Assembly: GCA_021735645.1 (NCBI GenBank)
Contig: JAIPGP010000002.1
Coordinates: 383 to 64,382 of the forward strand
DNA length: 64,000 nt
Source: Candidatus Cloacimonadota bacterium
Lineage (GTDB): Bacteria > Cloacimonadota > Cloacimonadia > Cloacimonadales > TCS61
Reading direction: 5' to 3'
In this document: positions 20,241-30,862 of the stretch, in pieces
Layout: every line of letters starts with the position of its first letter
How positions within the stretch are numbered: the first letter of the stretch is position 1
The notes under the pieces: model-generated
The model's database searches: none
Seen by the model: only the letters and a program-made list of their open reading frames with translations
What the model was told of the DNA's origin: nothing
Program-made: the position numbers and the translations under genes

Positions 20241-23200
20241 TTAGTTCTCCATATTTGTTGTTTTCTTTAATTCAATATTAATCCGGCTGATCATCCCGGA
20301 TCTTATATTCCTTACGATCTCACCCGTTAATTCCGGTGTATCAAATTTAGAGGTATTGCCTTCATGATCAGTTAATAGCCATTCAGCAGGTGAAACAGCA
20401 TCATTTCCGAACGTGTCCGCCTGATCAGCGTTGTGATAGGTGACCAGAATTTTGCCCAGAAACATGAAGCTGAATGTATTGGCTGCAAAATGCACCTGTT
20501 GCCAGCTATTAGCAATATTTAGTTTCTTTTCCTGAGCTTTGGTTATAAACAGCGAGGCAGGTAATACGGGATGAAAACTCAATTGCAGTTCACCGGCAGC
20601 ATTTATCGTAAACGGGGCTTTACCTATGCACATAAAGGTAATGATGTTAATGAATTCAGCAGTAGCTCCGCTAAGCCGGGCTACAAATCCATTTCCATGA
20701 ATAGAAGGATCAGGATTGGCACTGCTGACAATAAATGACGAATTCTCCAGGATACTTCTGCCATATACTTGCGGATCAAAGAAAGGGACAAAGACCTTTT
20801 TAAAATCTCGGTAAAATTCATCATAAAGCTCATTACGCAGTAATTCCAGCATATATTTATATTCCATGTGCAGCCAGATAGATTCATTTTCAAACCAGCC
20901 GGGAGAAAAGGTTCTTGCTCTGCCTATTTCCATGGGCTGATCAGCTAAAGAAGAATTTACTTTGTACATTTTTAATTTCGTGTCATATAGACCGCTCTTT
21001 CTAATGTTTTGAGCAAAAGCCTTCGCCATGTCCTTTTCCGGCTGACAGCGCAGGTAATGTACTGGTCCTTCCAGAAAGAGTGGCAGTGCTTTATGAGTAA
21101 ATTTCTTTGCTCTAAAACAGGTTAATCCTTTAGGATTTGTTTTCGTTACTATTTTTCCGTTATTATCTGACAATTTGATTTCTTCATATTCCACAGCTTC
21201 ACTGATAAAGTATGTGGAGATGATATTATCCTCTCTATCCCAGGCTTTATCAATTCCTTCATTAAGTTTGTTAAGACCTGACTGCAGGAATTCAATTAAC
21301 TGAGCTTTGGTGACCGGCTTTTCTTTTCCGCTGATACCCAGTCTGGTATTCAGACGATATTTTTCTCTGGCTGTGGCTGCCTTATCCCAAAACTCAAATG
21401 ACGAAAATTCTGCCTTTAACAGTGCTGACAGGGCATTCATGAATTCGGATAATTCTACATATACCTGCCATTTCTGGTTATTAGCTCCATATTCCTCTAA
21501 CGCCTTTAGAAGAAATAATATATGCCGTTTTACCTCCAGGGTCTCGCTGATACTTGAGCCCATCAGACCCGGTAGCCCATTTAAGGCATCATACCAGTTA
21601 GGCTTACCAGCTTCCATTTCAACACCCACTCCTTCAGCATCCAGAGAGGAGAGTTTATTAACGATCAAAGACAGCATTTTATTAAATAGAGAAGTATAAT
21701 ACACTTCACCAGTGCCATTTCTGGTGCGAACCTTGTTAGGATTCTCTGTTCTTTGACTGATCATGATTTCCTTCTGCTCGTCAAATACTACAGCATTAAG
21801 CTGCATGGCATTACCATCCCAGATAACATATTTATCATCACGAGCCTGCACGCAGTGAGGGTTATCATAAAAAGAGAACTGCTCTTTTTCAAACAACAGC
21901 CAGTTTTTCTTTTCAGGATAAACTGCCAGGAAATTCTCCAGCAGATCAAGATTATAAGTCCAGTGATCAGTCCAGTAACCTTCCCCGTAATCAGTATCAT
22001 GATTTTTTGAGCAGCTTCCCAGGAAGTCTCCCAGGAAAACATCTATTTGGCTATTTAAGGATATCTTATTATCTTTCAAATAAGCCAGAAGATCGCCGGG
22101 AGTAAATGGTTCTTTTAAATATGGCGTGAGTTGCTTAGCCTGTTCTTCTTCCAGATATTCAGCTAAAATTGAGTTAATCTTTACTGCATCAGTAACTGAA
22201 TAACGAACTTCTCTGATCACCAGAGGGTTAAATCCGTCTAACTGGATCAAATTATAGAAGTGTTCAACGTTTCCTTCACGAACATCAGGATTAAAGAAGA
22301 GATCACATCTGCGGTTCTGATTTACATCTCTAAAATTCCCATTTCCCTGGGAATAATGAGCGGGTGCCAGGCGATAATCATTATAATCTCTTTCCAGATC
22401 ACCATGTTTGCGGGAATACAGATGCAGGGTTGTCTGATTATTCCTACCTTTTAAGGTATAAGGGAAACCACCCCTTAGCACGTTATCCAGGAAATTCTGC
22501 TTCGTATAGTTATTCAAGAGAGATTCCCGGCTGTTAATGAAATTATTTTGAGTTAATATTTCGATGATCTCCTGATTGACCAGAGAAATTTTATCTATAT
22601 ATTCCCTTTTTGTGATTACTGGTACCAGAGCATTTAATTCCTGCACCGAGCCAGCGCTGCCTATAATGGAAATATATGTATAAGTCTGCCCCGGGGCAAT
22701 TTCAGCTTTAAAATTACCCATGGCACAGGGAAGCCTGTTCTCGTAAATCTGATCTGACTGCATTTCTTCAGAAGAAGAAATCAGAAACTTTTCCGGATAA
22801 TTGTAATCACCTCTGATACCAAAAATCTTTACGGGATCATATATAGGAGTAACTAACCGTGACCCTGAATCTTCAGGCTCAAATCCCAGATAGAAATTAC
22901 CTTTTTTGATCCGGACCACATCAGGGCGATCAGCAGGTTTTACCTTACCTTTATAAAAAGGGACTTTGTTTTCATAATTAACGACTTCTATGAATGCTTC
23001 CATTAATCTGCGCATAAATTTCAAGCCGTTATTATCTAAACCATAGGGAATTATAAGGGGTAACCCATCAAGACCTTCCAGGCTTACGGGTTCATCAGAA
23101 ATATTTTCAATCTTTAGTTTGCGAACCAGACCGGCATATTCATCTTGAGGAACATTGAAATACTCCACTTTGAATCTTAGTCCCAGGGTGTAATTAACTT

Positions 23201-23585
23201 CCTCAAGGGTCAATTGAGCTGGAGCAATGATCATCCGCTGTTCTTTCTGCATTTGATCATCTCTCAGATTATTCTGGAAAGGTTCATAAAATGAAACCTG
23301 TTTAGTATCTGAGAATTTTATAAATGTCCTGAATCCCTGAGTTGAAACCAGATTATATGCCCAGTTAGCTGGCAGGAATTCCATGATCGGATGCTGTTTA
23401 TCCTGAATACCCATACTGCAGATACATTGCGAGCGATTCACATAAAACGTCCACATCGGGACGCCATTTTTACCGGCAATCCCCGGAAAGAAACTTGAAA
23501 ATAATTTGGCAGAGTTATAATCATTAATGATAAACTCTCCCGCTTCATTTAGTTTGTATTGATTATCCCCTATTGGAATCAACAC
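20241..23585 (-). CDS. GH161-like beta-1,3-glucan phosphorylase
   Basis: 1114 aa; 'FSSFFPGIAGKNGVPMWTFYVNR', 'YSRKHGDLERDYN', 'SQGNGNFRDVNQNRR', 'KPNWYDALNGLPG', 'GWFENESIWLHMEYKY', 'RLSGATAEF'; sits among beta-1,3-glucanases. Confidence 0.75.
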   Translation of the reverse strand: MLIPIGDNQYKLNEAGEFIINDYNSAKLFSSFFPGIAGKNGVPMWTFYVNRSQCICSMGIQDKQHPIMEFLPANWAYNLVSTQGFRTFIKFSDTKQVSFYEPFQNNLRDDQMQKEQRMIIAPAQLTLEEVNYTLGLRFKVEYFNVPQDEYAGLVRKLKIENISDEPVSLEGLDGLPLIIPYGLDNNGLKFMRRLMEAFIEVVNYENKVPFYKGKVKPADRPDVVRIKKGNFYLGFEPEDSGSRLVTPIYDPVKIFGIRGDYNYPEKFLISSSEEMQSDQIYENRLPCAMGNFKAEIAPGQTYTYISIIGSAGSVQELNALVPVITKREYIDKISLVNQEIIEILTQNNFINSRESLLNNYTKQNFLDNVLRGGFPYTLKGRNNQTTLHLYSRKHGDLERDYNDYRLAPAHYSQGNGNFRDVNQNRRCDLFFNPDVREGNVEHFYNLIQLDGFNPLVIREVRYSVTDAVKINSILAEYLEEEQAKQLTPYLKEPFTPGDLLAYLKDNKISLNSQIDVFLGDFLGSCSKNHDTDYGEGYWTDHWTYNLDLLENFLAVYPEKKNWLLFEKEQFSFYDNPHCVQARDDKYVIWDGNAMQLNAVVFDEQKEIMISQRTENPNKVRTRNGTGEVYYTSLFNKMLSLIVNKLSSLDAEGVGVEMEAGKPNWYDALNGLPGLMGSSISETLEVKRHILFLLKALEEYGANNQKWQVYVELSEFMNALSALLKAEFSSFEFWDKAATAREKYRLNTRLGISGKEKPVTKAQLIEFLQSGLNKLNEGIDKAWDREDNIISTYFISEAVEYEEIKLSDNNGKIVTKTNPKGLTCFRAKKFTHKALPLFLEGPVHYLRCQPEKDMAKAFAQNIRKSGLYDTKLKMYKVNSSLADQPMEIGRARTFSPGWFENESIWLHMEYKYMLELLRNELYDEFYRDFKKVFVPFFDPQVYGRSILENSSFIVSSANPDPSIHGNGFVARLSGATAEFINIITFMCIGKAPFTINAAGELQLSFHPVLPASLFITKAQEKKLNIANSWQQVHFAANTFSFMFLGKILVTYHNADQADTFGNDAVSPAEWLLTDHEGNTSKFDTPELTGEIVRNIRSGMISRINIELKKTTNMEN

Positions 23586-23615
23586 TACCCCCTTGATTAA
23601 TTTTTCTAAATTTGG

Positions 23616-23645
23616 TCAGCCGGCACAAAATTATGTGCCGGCTGA
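23616..23645 (-). terminator. GC-rich stem-loop inside the glucan operon
   Basis: Perfect 12-bp stem TCAGCCGGCACA / TGTGCCGGCTGA with a 6-nt loop, immediately after the 23655 stop. Confidence 0.7.
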
Positions 23646-23654
23646 TTATCTATA

Positions 23655-26600
23655 TTACTTAAGCAGGATCATGCGTTTAGTATCTACTACTCTGCCGTCC
23701 ACAGACAGTCTGTAATAGTAAATTCCTGAAGCAGCATTTCCGGCATCCCAGGTATAGTGATAAGTATCGGCTGATCTGTAACCACTTACCAGATTCTCTA
23801 CCAGACGTCCTCTTACATCATAAACATTGATGGAAACATTACCAGCTTTATTCAAGGTATAGCTGATATTGGTAACTGGATTGAAAGGATTAGGATAATT
23901 ATTTCCTAAATTTGAAACTGCAGAAATTGGATTATCTTGATTGATTCCGGTTGTGTTATCGTGGAAGAAAATATTATCCACGTAAACTGTACTGAGGTCA
24001 CCAGAAATGATCAATTGGGCAAGATGTCCGGTTGTAACCAAATTAGTGAAGTCAGCCAGTGGAATATCAAAAGAGACCCATTCTTCTGTCTGCAATGGTG
24101 GAATTGTGTTTGCATCAAAGGTAAGCTCATGCTCTACATCGTCACCACCCCATACACCATCAGCTCCGAAATCTACCAGTTTGATCTTAAATACTGCAGG
24201 AGCAGCTGTGGCGTCTGGTGTCCAGATATCCATATGGAAATGATTCATGGCAGTTGCATCTATAGTTTGAGAAGTAAATTCAATTCCTGCAAACACAAGA
24301 CTTGTATAAAGCTTCACATCATCACCATCAACCTGAACATTACTAACATTAGCCTGATCCCAGTCTGCTGACCAGGTATCAACCGTTACATCTGTATAGG
24401 CATTGCTGAAAAGTGAGATCACATGTTCCGGTGCAAATGCCGGTGTTGGAGCAGGTTCAGTTGGACCTGCAGGTGGATCACCTTGCGGATGGAATGTTAC
24501 ATTATCAAAATAGCAGATATTATCCTGTAATCTGCCTGCTAGATCAAAATCTGGAAATATTACTATCTGGTCTAATATTCCTGTAATTCCTGCCCCAATA
24601 CTTCCTGAAAGATCAAAGGTTAATTCTTCCCATTCATTGACCACAGTGTTAGCAACCTTTACTTCAGGCTGAGCTTCGCCGTTTGCTTCTACAAATTTTA
24701 CTCCCACATCACTAATTACCGGTTTCCAAACCATCACTTTCACAGTGCAGTTAGTTTCATCAAATGAAAATTGACCAAGATCCACTAAGTGCTGTGATTC
24801 ACATCCAGCCCAGGGTTGTCCTGCCTGTAAAGCAGTAAATTTAGCTACTGTATCAGAAGTATTGATGCCCGTAGGATCTGGATTAGCCAAAATCTCCAAT
24901 GGAGGATTTGTTAAATTTTCAAATACTGTCCAGGTCCAGTCTGCTCCATGTCCACCAACTTCAAAATCTATGGGAACATTAAACTCACGAGTAGCACCTG
25001 AATTAGGAGTAAGGTTATATCTTTTTTCATTTCCATTGATGTTTAGTAATAATTCGATATTACTGCTTTTAGAAACTGATTTAAATGGTATCCGTAATAT
25101 TTCACCAGACATTTCTTCTGCACTGGCAAGGGCAATTGTGTTTGATTCTGGATTAACTGCGTTCAAGATACCTTCCTGAACCTCTGGTGTACCAAATTCT
25201 ACTGAATTCTTCTTTGCTGATATCTGCAGACTATATAAATCGGCTATTGAATTGATGATTATTTCATCATTTTCCATTCTGATATCAATTCTTCCCTGAG
25301 GAGAATCAAATTCTCTTAGTTCCACTGGAAATACTTCTATCATATCAACGCTGTATTGCAGAACAAGGGCTGCATCATAAGCTTCCACTGCCCCATTTCC
25401 ATCTACATCTCCAGCTTCAAGCTGCCAGGTCCATGGTAAAGGAGCCCCTATAGGATCAAGCTGAACAGCATATTGCAGCATATTAGCGGCATCAAAAGCA
25501 TCCGTAGTTCCGTCATCTGTTACATCACCATAAATCCAGGGGTGAATAGAACCATCGGTATAAATATAGACGTTATCTATATATACCGTGCTCAGATCAC
25601 CAGAAATGATCAACTGGGCAAGATGCCCTCTGGTAACCAGATTAGTGAAATCTGTAAATGGAATATCCAGGCTGACCCAGGTTTCTGAACTAAGTGTGGT
25701 TTCGTCAAAAGTGATCTCATGCTCCACATCATCAGTTCCCCACACACCATCAGCACCAAAATCTACCAGTTTAACTCTAAAAACTGCTGGTGCAGAAGTG
25801 CTGTTCGGAGTCCAGATATCCATATGGAAATGAGTCATCCAGGTAGCGTCAATAGTCTCAGATGTAAATTCTATGCCGGCAAATACCAGATTAGTATAAA
25901 GCTTGGTATCATCACCAGCGATCTGGATATCAGCTACATCAGCTACATCCCAACCAGCTGACCAGGTGTCCACTGTTACATCTTCATAAGGATTACTGAA
26001 CAGGGAAATTACATCTTCAGCATCATGTTCTGGCACGGGTGCTGCTATCTCTGGTACGGCATCTGCCAGAGTAAAATTCACATTATAAGTTAAGACAGAA
26101 GTCCCATTTTCGGCAGTTACTATCACTTCAGTAACTCCTGGAATCATTCCGGCTGCATTGACTATATAACTGGCTAATGGATCAGTTGGTGTGGCAGTTA
26201 CTACCGGTACATCAACAGTGCCAGCAGGTAATTCTACCCAGTAATCAAGGACTGACGGTGCAAAACCTTCTACACTTACATCATCAACCTGCAAGTCACT
26301 CAGTGTGGCATCGCTGCCAGGTACAAATGCTGAATAAAAATAGATGTTATCAAGATATATAGTTGAGGGATTCACACCCTGCTGTCCGTCAAATTTAAGC
26401 TGAATAATATCTGTCATGGAAAGACCAGTGAAATTATTCAGAGGTATATCATAGCTGTTCCAGGTTTCTGGCTCAATAGGAGTCATAGACACAGCAAACT
26501 CCCCTGTAGAAGCACTGATTGGAGTTGTCATAACTACTGTAGCATCAGGAGTCCACATATCAATATGCAGATAATCCATTGCTGAGAAGTCATTAGCTCC

Positions 26601-28097
26601 CGCTAAAGCGGTACCCTGATAATTGAAGTTATCATACATGAGCATCATATTGCCATCGATCTCTTCAAAGGTCACAATAGTACTCTGTCCCCAGTTCGGA
26701 TTGAAATCCGTTCCTGCCAGATCATCATAAGAGTCACTATAAATAGAAATTACATCATTTGCAGATTGAGTTGGGACTGGTGCTGCAACTTCAGGTACCG
26801 GGGTTGGGAAAAAGAAATTAACATTGTATGTAAGCACATTGCTTTCATCTGCTGAAGTAATTATTACCTGGGTAGTTCCCGGCAGCATTACAGCATCGTT
26901 GACCACAAAGCTGGCGTTAATATTAGTAGTAACTGCTGTAACTTCTGGGACATCAACTGTACCAGTTGGCAGTTCAATATTATAGTTAAGTGTCAGAGGA
27001 CTAAACCCGTTCACAGTAACGCCATCTATCTGCAGATCACTCAAAGTTGCATCAGTATCTTCACCTTCTGGTAGTTTATAAAAATAGATGTTATCAAGAT
27101 AGATGTTTGAGGGGGTCACACCCTGCTGACCATCAAATTTCAATTGAAAGATACTTGCCATGGAGACACCTGTAAAATCAGCTAAAGGAATATCAATGCT
27201 GTTCCAGACATTCTGTTCCAGGGGACTAAGCGGCACTAAAAATTCACCGGGAGGAGCAGCGATGGGAGTAAATAGAACTACTGTAGCATCTGCCGTCCAC
27301 AGGTCAATATGCACAAATTCCATTAAGGATAAGTCCTGAGCTGCACCAAACTGTGTACCCTGATAATTGAAGTTAGCATATTTCAGCATTACATTTCCAC
27401 CGATATTTGGTGTAGATACAATGGTTGATTGTCCCCAGGGAGGATTGAAATTAGTTCCAGCAAGATCGTCATAAGAATCGCTGAAAACAGAAACAACATC
27501 TTCTGGTGCATCAGTTGGAGCTGGGGCAGCTACCTGTGGTTCAGCACCAGCTATCTCTTCTGTGAAAGTTATATTATCAAAATATACTATATTATCCTGC
27601 AATCTGCCAGCCATATCAAAGTCCGGAAAAAATACCAGTTTATTATAGCTGTTACCTATTGCACCTGAAAAATTATAAACGATTTCTTCCCATTCTCCGG
27701 TTATGGTATTTGTGGAATTAATTTCTGCCGGAGCACTTGCTCCTTCAAACTTCATGCGCACATCACTTACCACATCTTTGTGTACCATAATGCTCACAGT
27801 ACAATTAGTTTCATCGAAAGTAAATTCACCAATATCAAGTGTTTCACAACCAGCCCAGGGCTGTCCAGCCTGCAGTGCTGTAATTTGTCCCACTATATCT
27901 GAAGTATTGATCCCTGATGCATCGGGATTTGCAATTACTTCAATGGGGGGATTACTCCCGTTTTCAAAGACTGTCCAAGTCCAGTCTGAGCCATAACCAC
28001 CAGCTTCAAAATCAACTGGTGCATTCTGAGCAAACATTACTGAATTCATCGCTAATACGAAGAATATTACTAAAAATAATGTTGTTCTGTTTTTCAT
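23655..28097 (-). CDS. Secreted multi-repeat putative glycan-binding protein with dockerin-like domain and C-terminal sorting domain
   Basis: Signal peptide; 2x 'DFE.GG.G.DWTWTVFEN', 4x 'AP.P....DVIS.FS..Y.D', 2x cadherin-like 'DATLSDLQ.D', paired Ca-loops 'GDVTDDGTTDAFDA/GDVDGNGAVEAYDA'; 'NYPNPFNP...KRMILLK'. No catalytic motif seen. Confidence 0.75.
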   Translation of the reverse strand: MKNRTTLFLVIFFVLAMNSVMFAQNAPVDFEAGGYGSDWTWTVFENGSNPPIEVIANPDASGINTSDIVGQITALQAGQPWAGCETLDIGEFTFDETNCTVSIMVHKDVVSDVRMKFEGASAPAEINSTNTITGEWEEIVYNFSGAIGNSYNKLVFFPDFDMAGRLQDNIVYFDNITFTEEIAGAEPQVAAPAPTDAPEDVVSVFSDSYDDLAGTNFNPPWGQSTIVSTPNIGGNVMLKYANFNYQGTQFGAAQDLSLMEFVHIDLWTADATVVLFTPIAAPPGEFLVPLSPLEQNVWNSIDIPLADFTGVSMASIFQLKFDGQQGVTPSNIYLDNIYFYKLPEGEDTDATLSDLQIDGVTVNGFSPLTLNYNIELPTGTVDVPEVTAVTTNINASFVVNDAVMLPGTTQVIITSADESNVLTYNVNFFFPTPVPEVAAPVPTQSANDVISIYSDSYDDLAGTDFNPNWGQSTIVTFEEIDGNMMLMYDNFNYQGTALAGANDFSAMDYLHIDMWTPDATVVMTTPISASTGEFAVSMTPIEPETWNSYDIPLNNFTGLSMTDIIQLKFDGQQGVNPSTIYLDNIYFYSAFVPGSDATLSDLQVDDVSVEGFAPSVLDYWVELPAGTVDVPVVTATPTDPLASYIVNAAGMIPGVTEVIVTAENGTSVLTYNVNFTLADAVPEIAAPVPEHDAEDVISLFSNPYEDVTVDTWSAGWDVADVADIQIAGDDTKLYTNLVFAGIEFTSETIDATWMTHFHMDIWTPNSTSAPAVFRVKLVDFGADGVWGTDDVEHEITFDETTLSSETWVSLDIPFTDFTNLVTRGHLAQLIISGDLSTVYIDNVYIYTDGSIHPWIYGDVTDDGTTDAFDAANMLQYAVQLDPIGAPLPWTWQLEAGDVDGNGAVEAYDAALVLQYSVDMIEVFPVELREFDSPQGRIDIRMENDEIIINSIADLYSLQISAKKNSVEFGTPEVQEGILNAVNPESNTIALASAEEMSGEILRIPFKSVSKSSNIELLLNINGNEKRYNLTPNSGATREFNVPIDFEVGGHGADWTWTVFENLTNPPLEILANPDPTGINTSDTVAKFTALQAGQPWAGCESQHLVDLGQFSFDETNCTVKVMVWKPVISDVGVKFVEANGEAQPEVKVANTVVNEWEELTFDLSGSIGAGITGILDQIVIFPDFDLAGRLQDNICYFDNVTFHPQGDPPAGPTEPAPTPAFAPEHVISLFSNAYTDVTVDTWSADWDQANVSNVQVDGDDVKLYTSLVFAGIEFTSQTIDATAMNHFHMDIWTPDATAAPAVFKIKLVDFGADGVWGGDDVEHELTFDANTIPPLQTEEWVSFDIPLADFTNLVTTGHLAQLIISGDLSTVYVDNIFFHDNTTGINQDNPISAVSNLGNNYPNPFNPVTNISYTLNKAGNVSINVYDVRGRLVENLVSGYRSADTYHYTWDAGNAASGIYYYRLSVDGRVVDTKRMILLK

Positions 28098-28118
28098 TTT
28101 TCCTCCTTAAGGATTTGT

Positions 28119-29183
28119 TTATTTGGTTTTAGCATTATGCTTTAAATAATTACTAAAGGATTTCTTAGGAGTGCGGTCTTCATAATACACTCCCCAATTC
28201 TTTTCTATTTCATTTGGTCCTGACGCTTCTCCGCCACCTTTCCAGGGTTCATTAAAAGCCTCAAACCAGAACGTGATCACTCCATTTTGCGTACTCCAGG
28301 CATTAAGCTCAGACAGAAAACTTTCCTGAGCCCTCAAACTAACTTCCCCTTTGATCAAAGTTCCCTGCTCTCCAGGTCCCTTCTTCGTGGGATTATAATC
28401 AGTTGCCCAGCCAATCTCACCTAAAACTACAAGTTTATCAGGATGTAATTCAGTAATTATATCATAATTACTATCCAGCCATGCAATTGATTCATTTAGT
28501 TTTTTACCATTCCACAACGGATAAATATGGGTTACGATAAAATCTATCTCTAAGGCTACTGCCTTGCTTTCCTGCTTATTCCAAAAATTATAATCATCTG
28601 CCGTGGTGACCGGCAATTGGGTATTTTTACGAACTGCCCTGATATATTTGATCAAGTCTTTTGTTACTACTTTATGCCCTGACCAGAAGACCTGGGTTTC
28701 GTTTCCTACGTTAACAGCTTTTATTATATCCGGATACCTCTGCGCCAGCTTTATACTGTACAGGGTATTAGTGATATTCATTTCTTTTTTGGCAGGATCA
28801 TTATCCTCATTTTCCAGCCACACTCCCAGCATCATCTTCAAGGGTAATTTATTCTCTGCTATCACTTCCAGAATGCGCTCTGTATCTACATCAGCATTAT
28901 AAACCCTGATCAATTCCCAATATTGGGAGATAATTTCTAGATCCTGCCGGATATCTTCTTTGGAAGGTCCCTGCCTGCCGGGTGCCTGGCCCCTGCGATA
29001 ACAGCCATAACTAATTGCCTCAGTTTGATGTGCCATCTCAAAGGGACTGAAATTACGTATTATAAAGGGCTCTTCCTGTTGAAGATTATCCAGTTCTTTT
29101 ACCAGAAGCTCTCTGCTGATCATATCAGCATAAACTGAGCTGAATATACATAATAGTATTAGCAATAAAATTCTTCTGATCAT
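28119..29183 (-). CDS. GH17 beta-1,3-glucanase
   Basis: Signal peptide; 'IRVY', acid/base 'VNVGNE', nucleophile 'LGEIGWAT', 'FEAFNEPWK', 'EKNWG'. Confidence 0.88.
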   Translation of the reverse strand: MIRRILLLILLCIFSSVYADMISRELLVKELDNLQQEEPFIIRNFSPFEMAHQTEAISYGCYRRGQAPGRQGPSKEDIRQDLEIISQYWELIRVYNADVDTERILEVIAENKLPLKMMLGVWLENEDNDPAKKEMNITNTLYSIKLAQRYPDIIKAVNVGNETQVFWSGHKVVTKDLIKYIRAVRKNTQLPVTTADDYNFWNKQESKAVALEIDFIVTHIYPLWNGKKLNESIAWLDSNYDIITELHPDKLVVLGEIGWATDYNPTKKGPGEQGTLIKGEVSLRAQESFLSELNAWSTQNGVITFWFEAFNEPWKGGGEASGPNEIEKNWGVYYEDRTPKKSFSNYLKHNAKTK

Positions 29184-30856
29184 AACGATATTCTCACTGT
29201 CTGCACGGCATTGGCAGCTATTTCTAATTCTGCAAATTGATCGCCTATCTGCAGTTTATATAAAATCGGTTCTTCTGTAGTATTCAATACCTGAATACTT
29301 AAAATATTAGCTGAATTAAGCGTAGCACAGGCATGCAGATCATCATTCCCCAGATCAATAAGCTGCTGGTGAGTTTCTACTGCAATGTCGCCAGGTCGTA
29401 TAGTCTTGCTGAATTGAGCTAATACATAATATATGGGAGTGTAATAAACATCCTGAGAAGCGGTATCTATCATAATAGGAGCTCCACAGAAATTACCCAC
29501 ATGATTAGGCCCTCCATCCTGATCCAGGACCATATTCCAGTCGATCCAGCCTTCCAGCCAATGATCAATACTCACAATTATATTACGGGCATAACGATGA
29601 ACAGGAATATACATTGGGTGATCTTCCACTTTCACTCCCTGCCAGGTTACTGAATATGCCCAGTCTGTGGCAGATTTAGACCACCAGAATTCATCATTCT
29701 CAAACCAGTTACTTTCTTTATAACCCTCAGGATCAGTAACTCCACCCGGAGCATCTTTACCCAGATCGTCAATGCAGCCTTCAGTATGAATGATTGATTG
29801 ATCAGGATATTTGGCATGAACTCTTTCAAATACATCCTCATAGACTTTATTAGTGCTTTCATACCAGTGAACTGCTGCTCCATCTACATACTGCGCTGTT
29901 TCCTGATCAGCAAAGATCACATTTGCCCAGTCTTCCAGTCCGTCTCTATTCTGATCGAAAATAAATAGTTTGGTGTTTTCATAACCTTCAGCTTTCAGCT
30001 TTGGACCCAGATATTTTTTGATAAATTCATTCTGAGTTTCAGGTGAGAAATTCATGCTCTCCCATTGACCATTATTGCCATGTGGTTCATTTACGGGAGT
30101 AATTCCCCAGATATCCACACCTTCCGCTTTATAGGCTTTCAGATATTTCACCAGATAATCTGCATAGGTAGCTACGTATTCGTCCTTCAATTTACCGCCA
30201 GTACCCTGCCAGTTATTCTCTGGTGCTCCGGGAATATACCACTTTCCAATATCTTTCATCCAGTAAGGTGCAGTCCAGGCAGAAGAAATAATTCTCAATT
30301 CGCTATCCTGTTGCGTCTGCTTAATAGCTAAAGCTTCCTTGATCATAGGTAAAAGATCGTAAGATTCATCCTTTATACCAGAATATTCTGACTGCTTAAA
30401 ACCTTTAAGGTCCTCAGCTATTGTGAAATCTTTCAGCTCTGTATCTGCTTCTGCTACATAGGAATATTTGCCTTTCACACAAAAATCACAAGCTCCTATG
30501 TGAGTTCTGGTCAAAGAGAAATTCGCTCCTTCTTCACTGAATATTTTCTTCATCACTTCGTGTCTTTTTTCCTTATCCAGATGTGCCAGCACAAAGGCTG
30601 AAGATTCAGTAATTGAGCTCCCTATCCCGGCTATTGTCTGCTTCTTCTGGTCAGGAAAAACAGATATTACATTTCCCTCAGCATTCCCTTTTTTAAAGGC
30701 AACATTTGCTTGTTCTGCAAGCTTATCACCTGCTGCTGAAGTGAGCAGAATTTCTGATGTTGAGCCAAGTTTATTACTATTACCAGCACCACAACCAAAA
30801 ACCACTATTGAAAGAATAATGAGAACCAGTGCTTTAATAATATGCTTTCGCATCAT
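29180..30856 (-). CDS. GH30 glycoside hydrolase lipoprotein (probable beta-1,6-glucosidase, debranching)
   Basis: Lipobox VFGC; 'RTHIGACDF', 'SAWTAPYWMK', 'TPVNEP', 'IHTEGC', 'WIDWNMVLD..GGPNH'. Confidence 0.9.
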   Translation of the reverse strand: MMRKHIIKALVLIILSIVVFGCGAGNSNKLGSTSEILLTSAAGDKLAEQANVAFKKGNAEGNVISVFPDQKKQTIAGIGSSITESSAFVLAHLDKEKRHEVMKKIFSEEGANFSLTRTHIGACDFCVKGKYSYVAEADTELKDFTIAEDLKGFKQSEYSGIKDESYDLLPMIKEALAIKQTQQDSELRIISSAWTAPYWMKDIGKWYIPGAPENNWQGTGGKLKDEYVATYADYLVKYLKAYKAEGVDIWGITPVNEPHGNNGQWESMNFSPETQNEFIKKYLGPKLKAEGYENTKLFIFDQNRDGLEDWANVIFADQETAQYVDGAAVHWYESTNKVYEDVFERVHAKYPDQSIIHTEGCIDDLGKDAPGGVTDPEGYKESNWFENDEFWWSKSATDWAYSVTWQGVKVEDHPMYIPVHRYARNIIVSIDHWLEGWIDWNMVLDQDGGPNHVGNFCGAPIMIDTASQDVYYTPIYYVLAQFSKTIRPGDIAVETHQQLIDLGNDDLHACATLNSANILSIQVLNTTEEPILYKLQIGDQFAELEIAANAVQTVRISL

Positions 30857-30862
30857 AATTTC

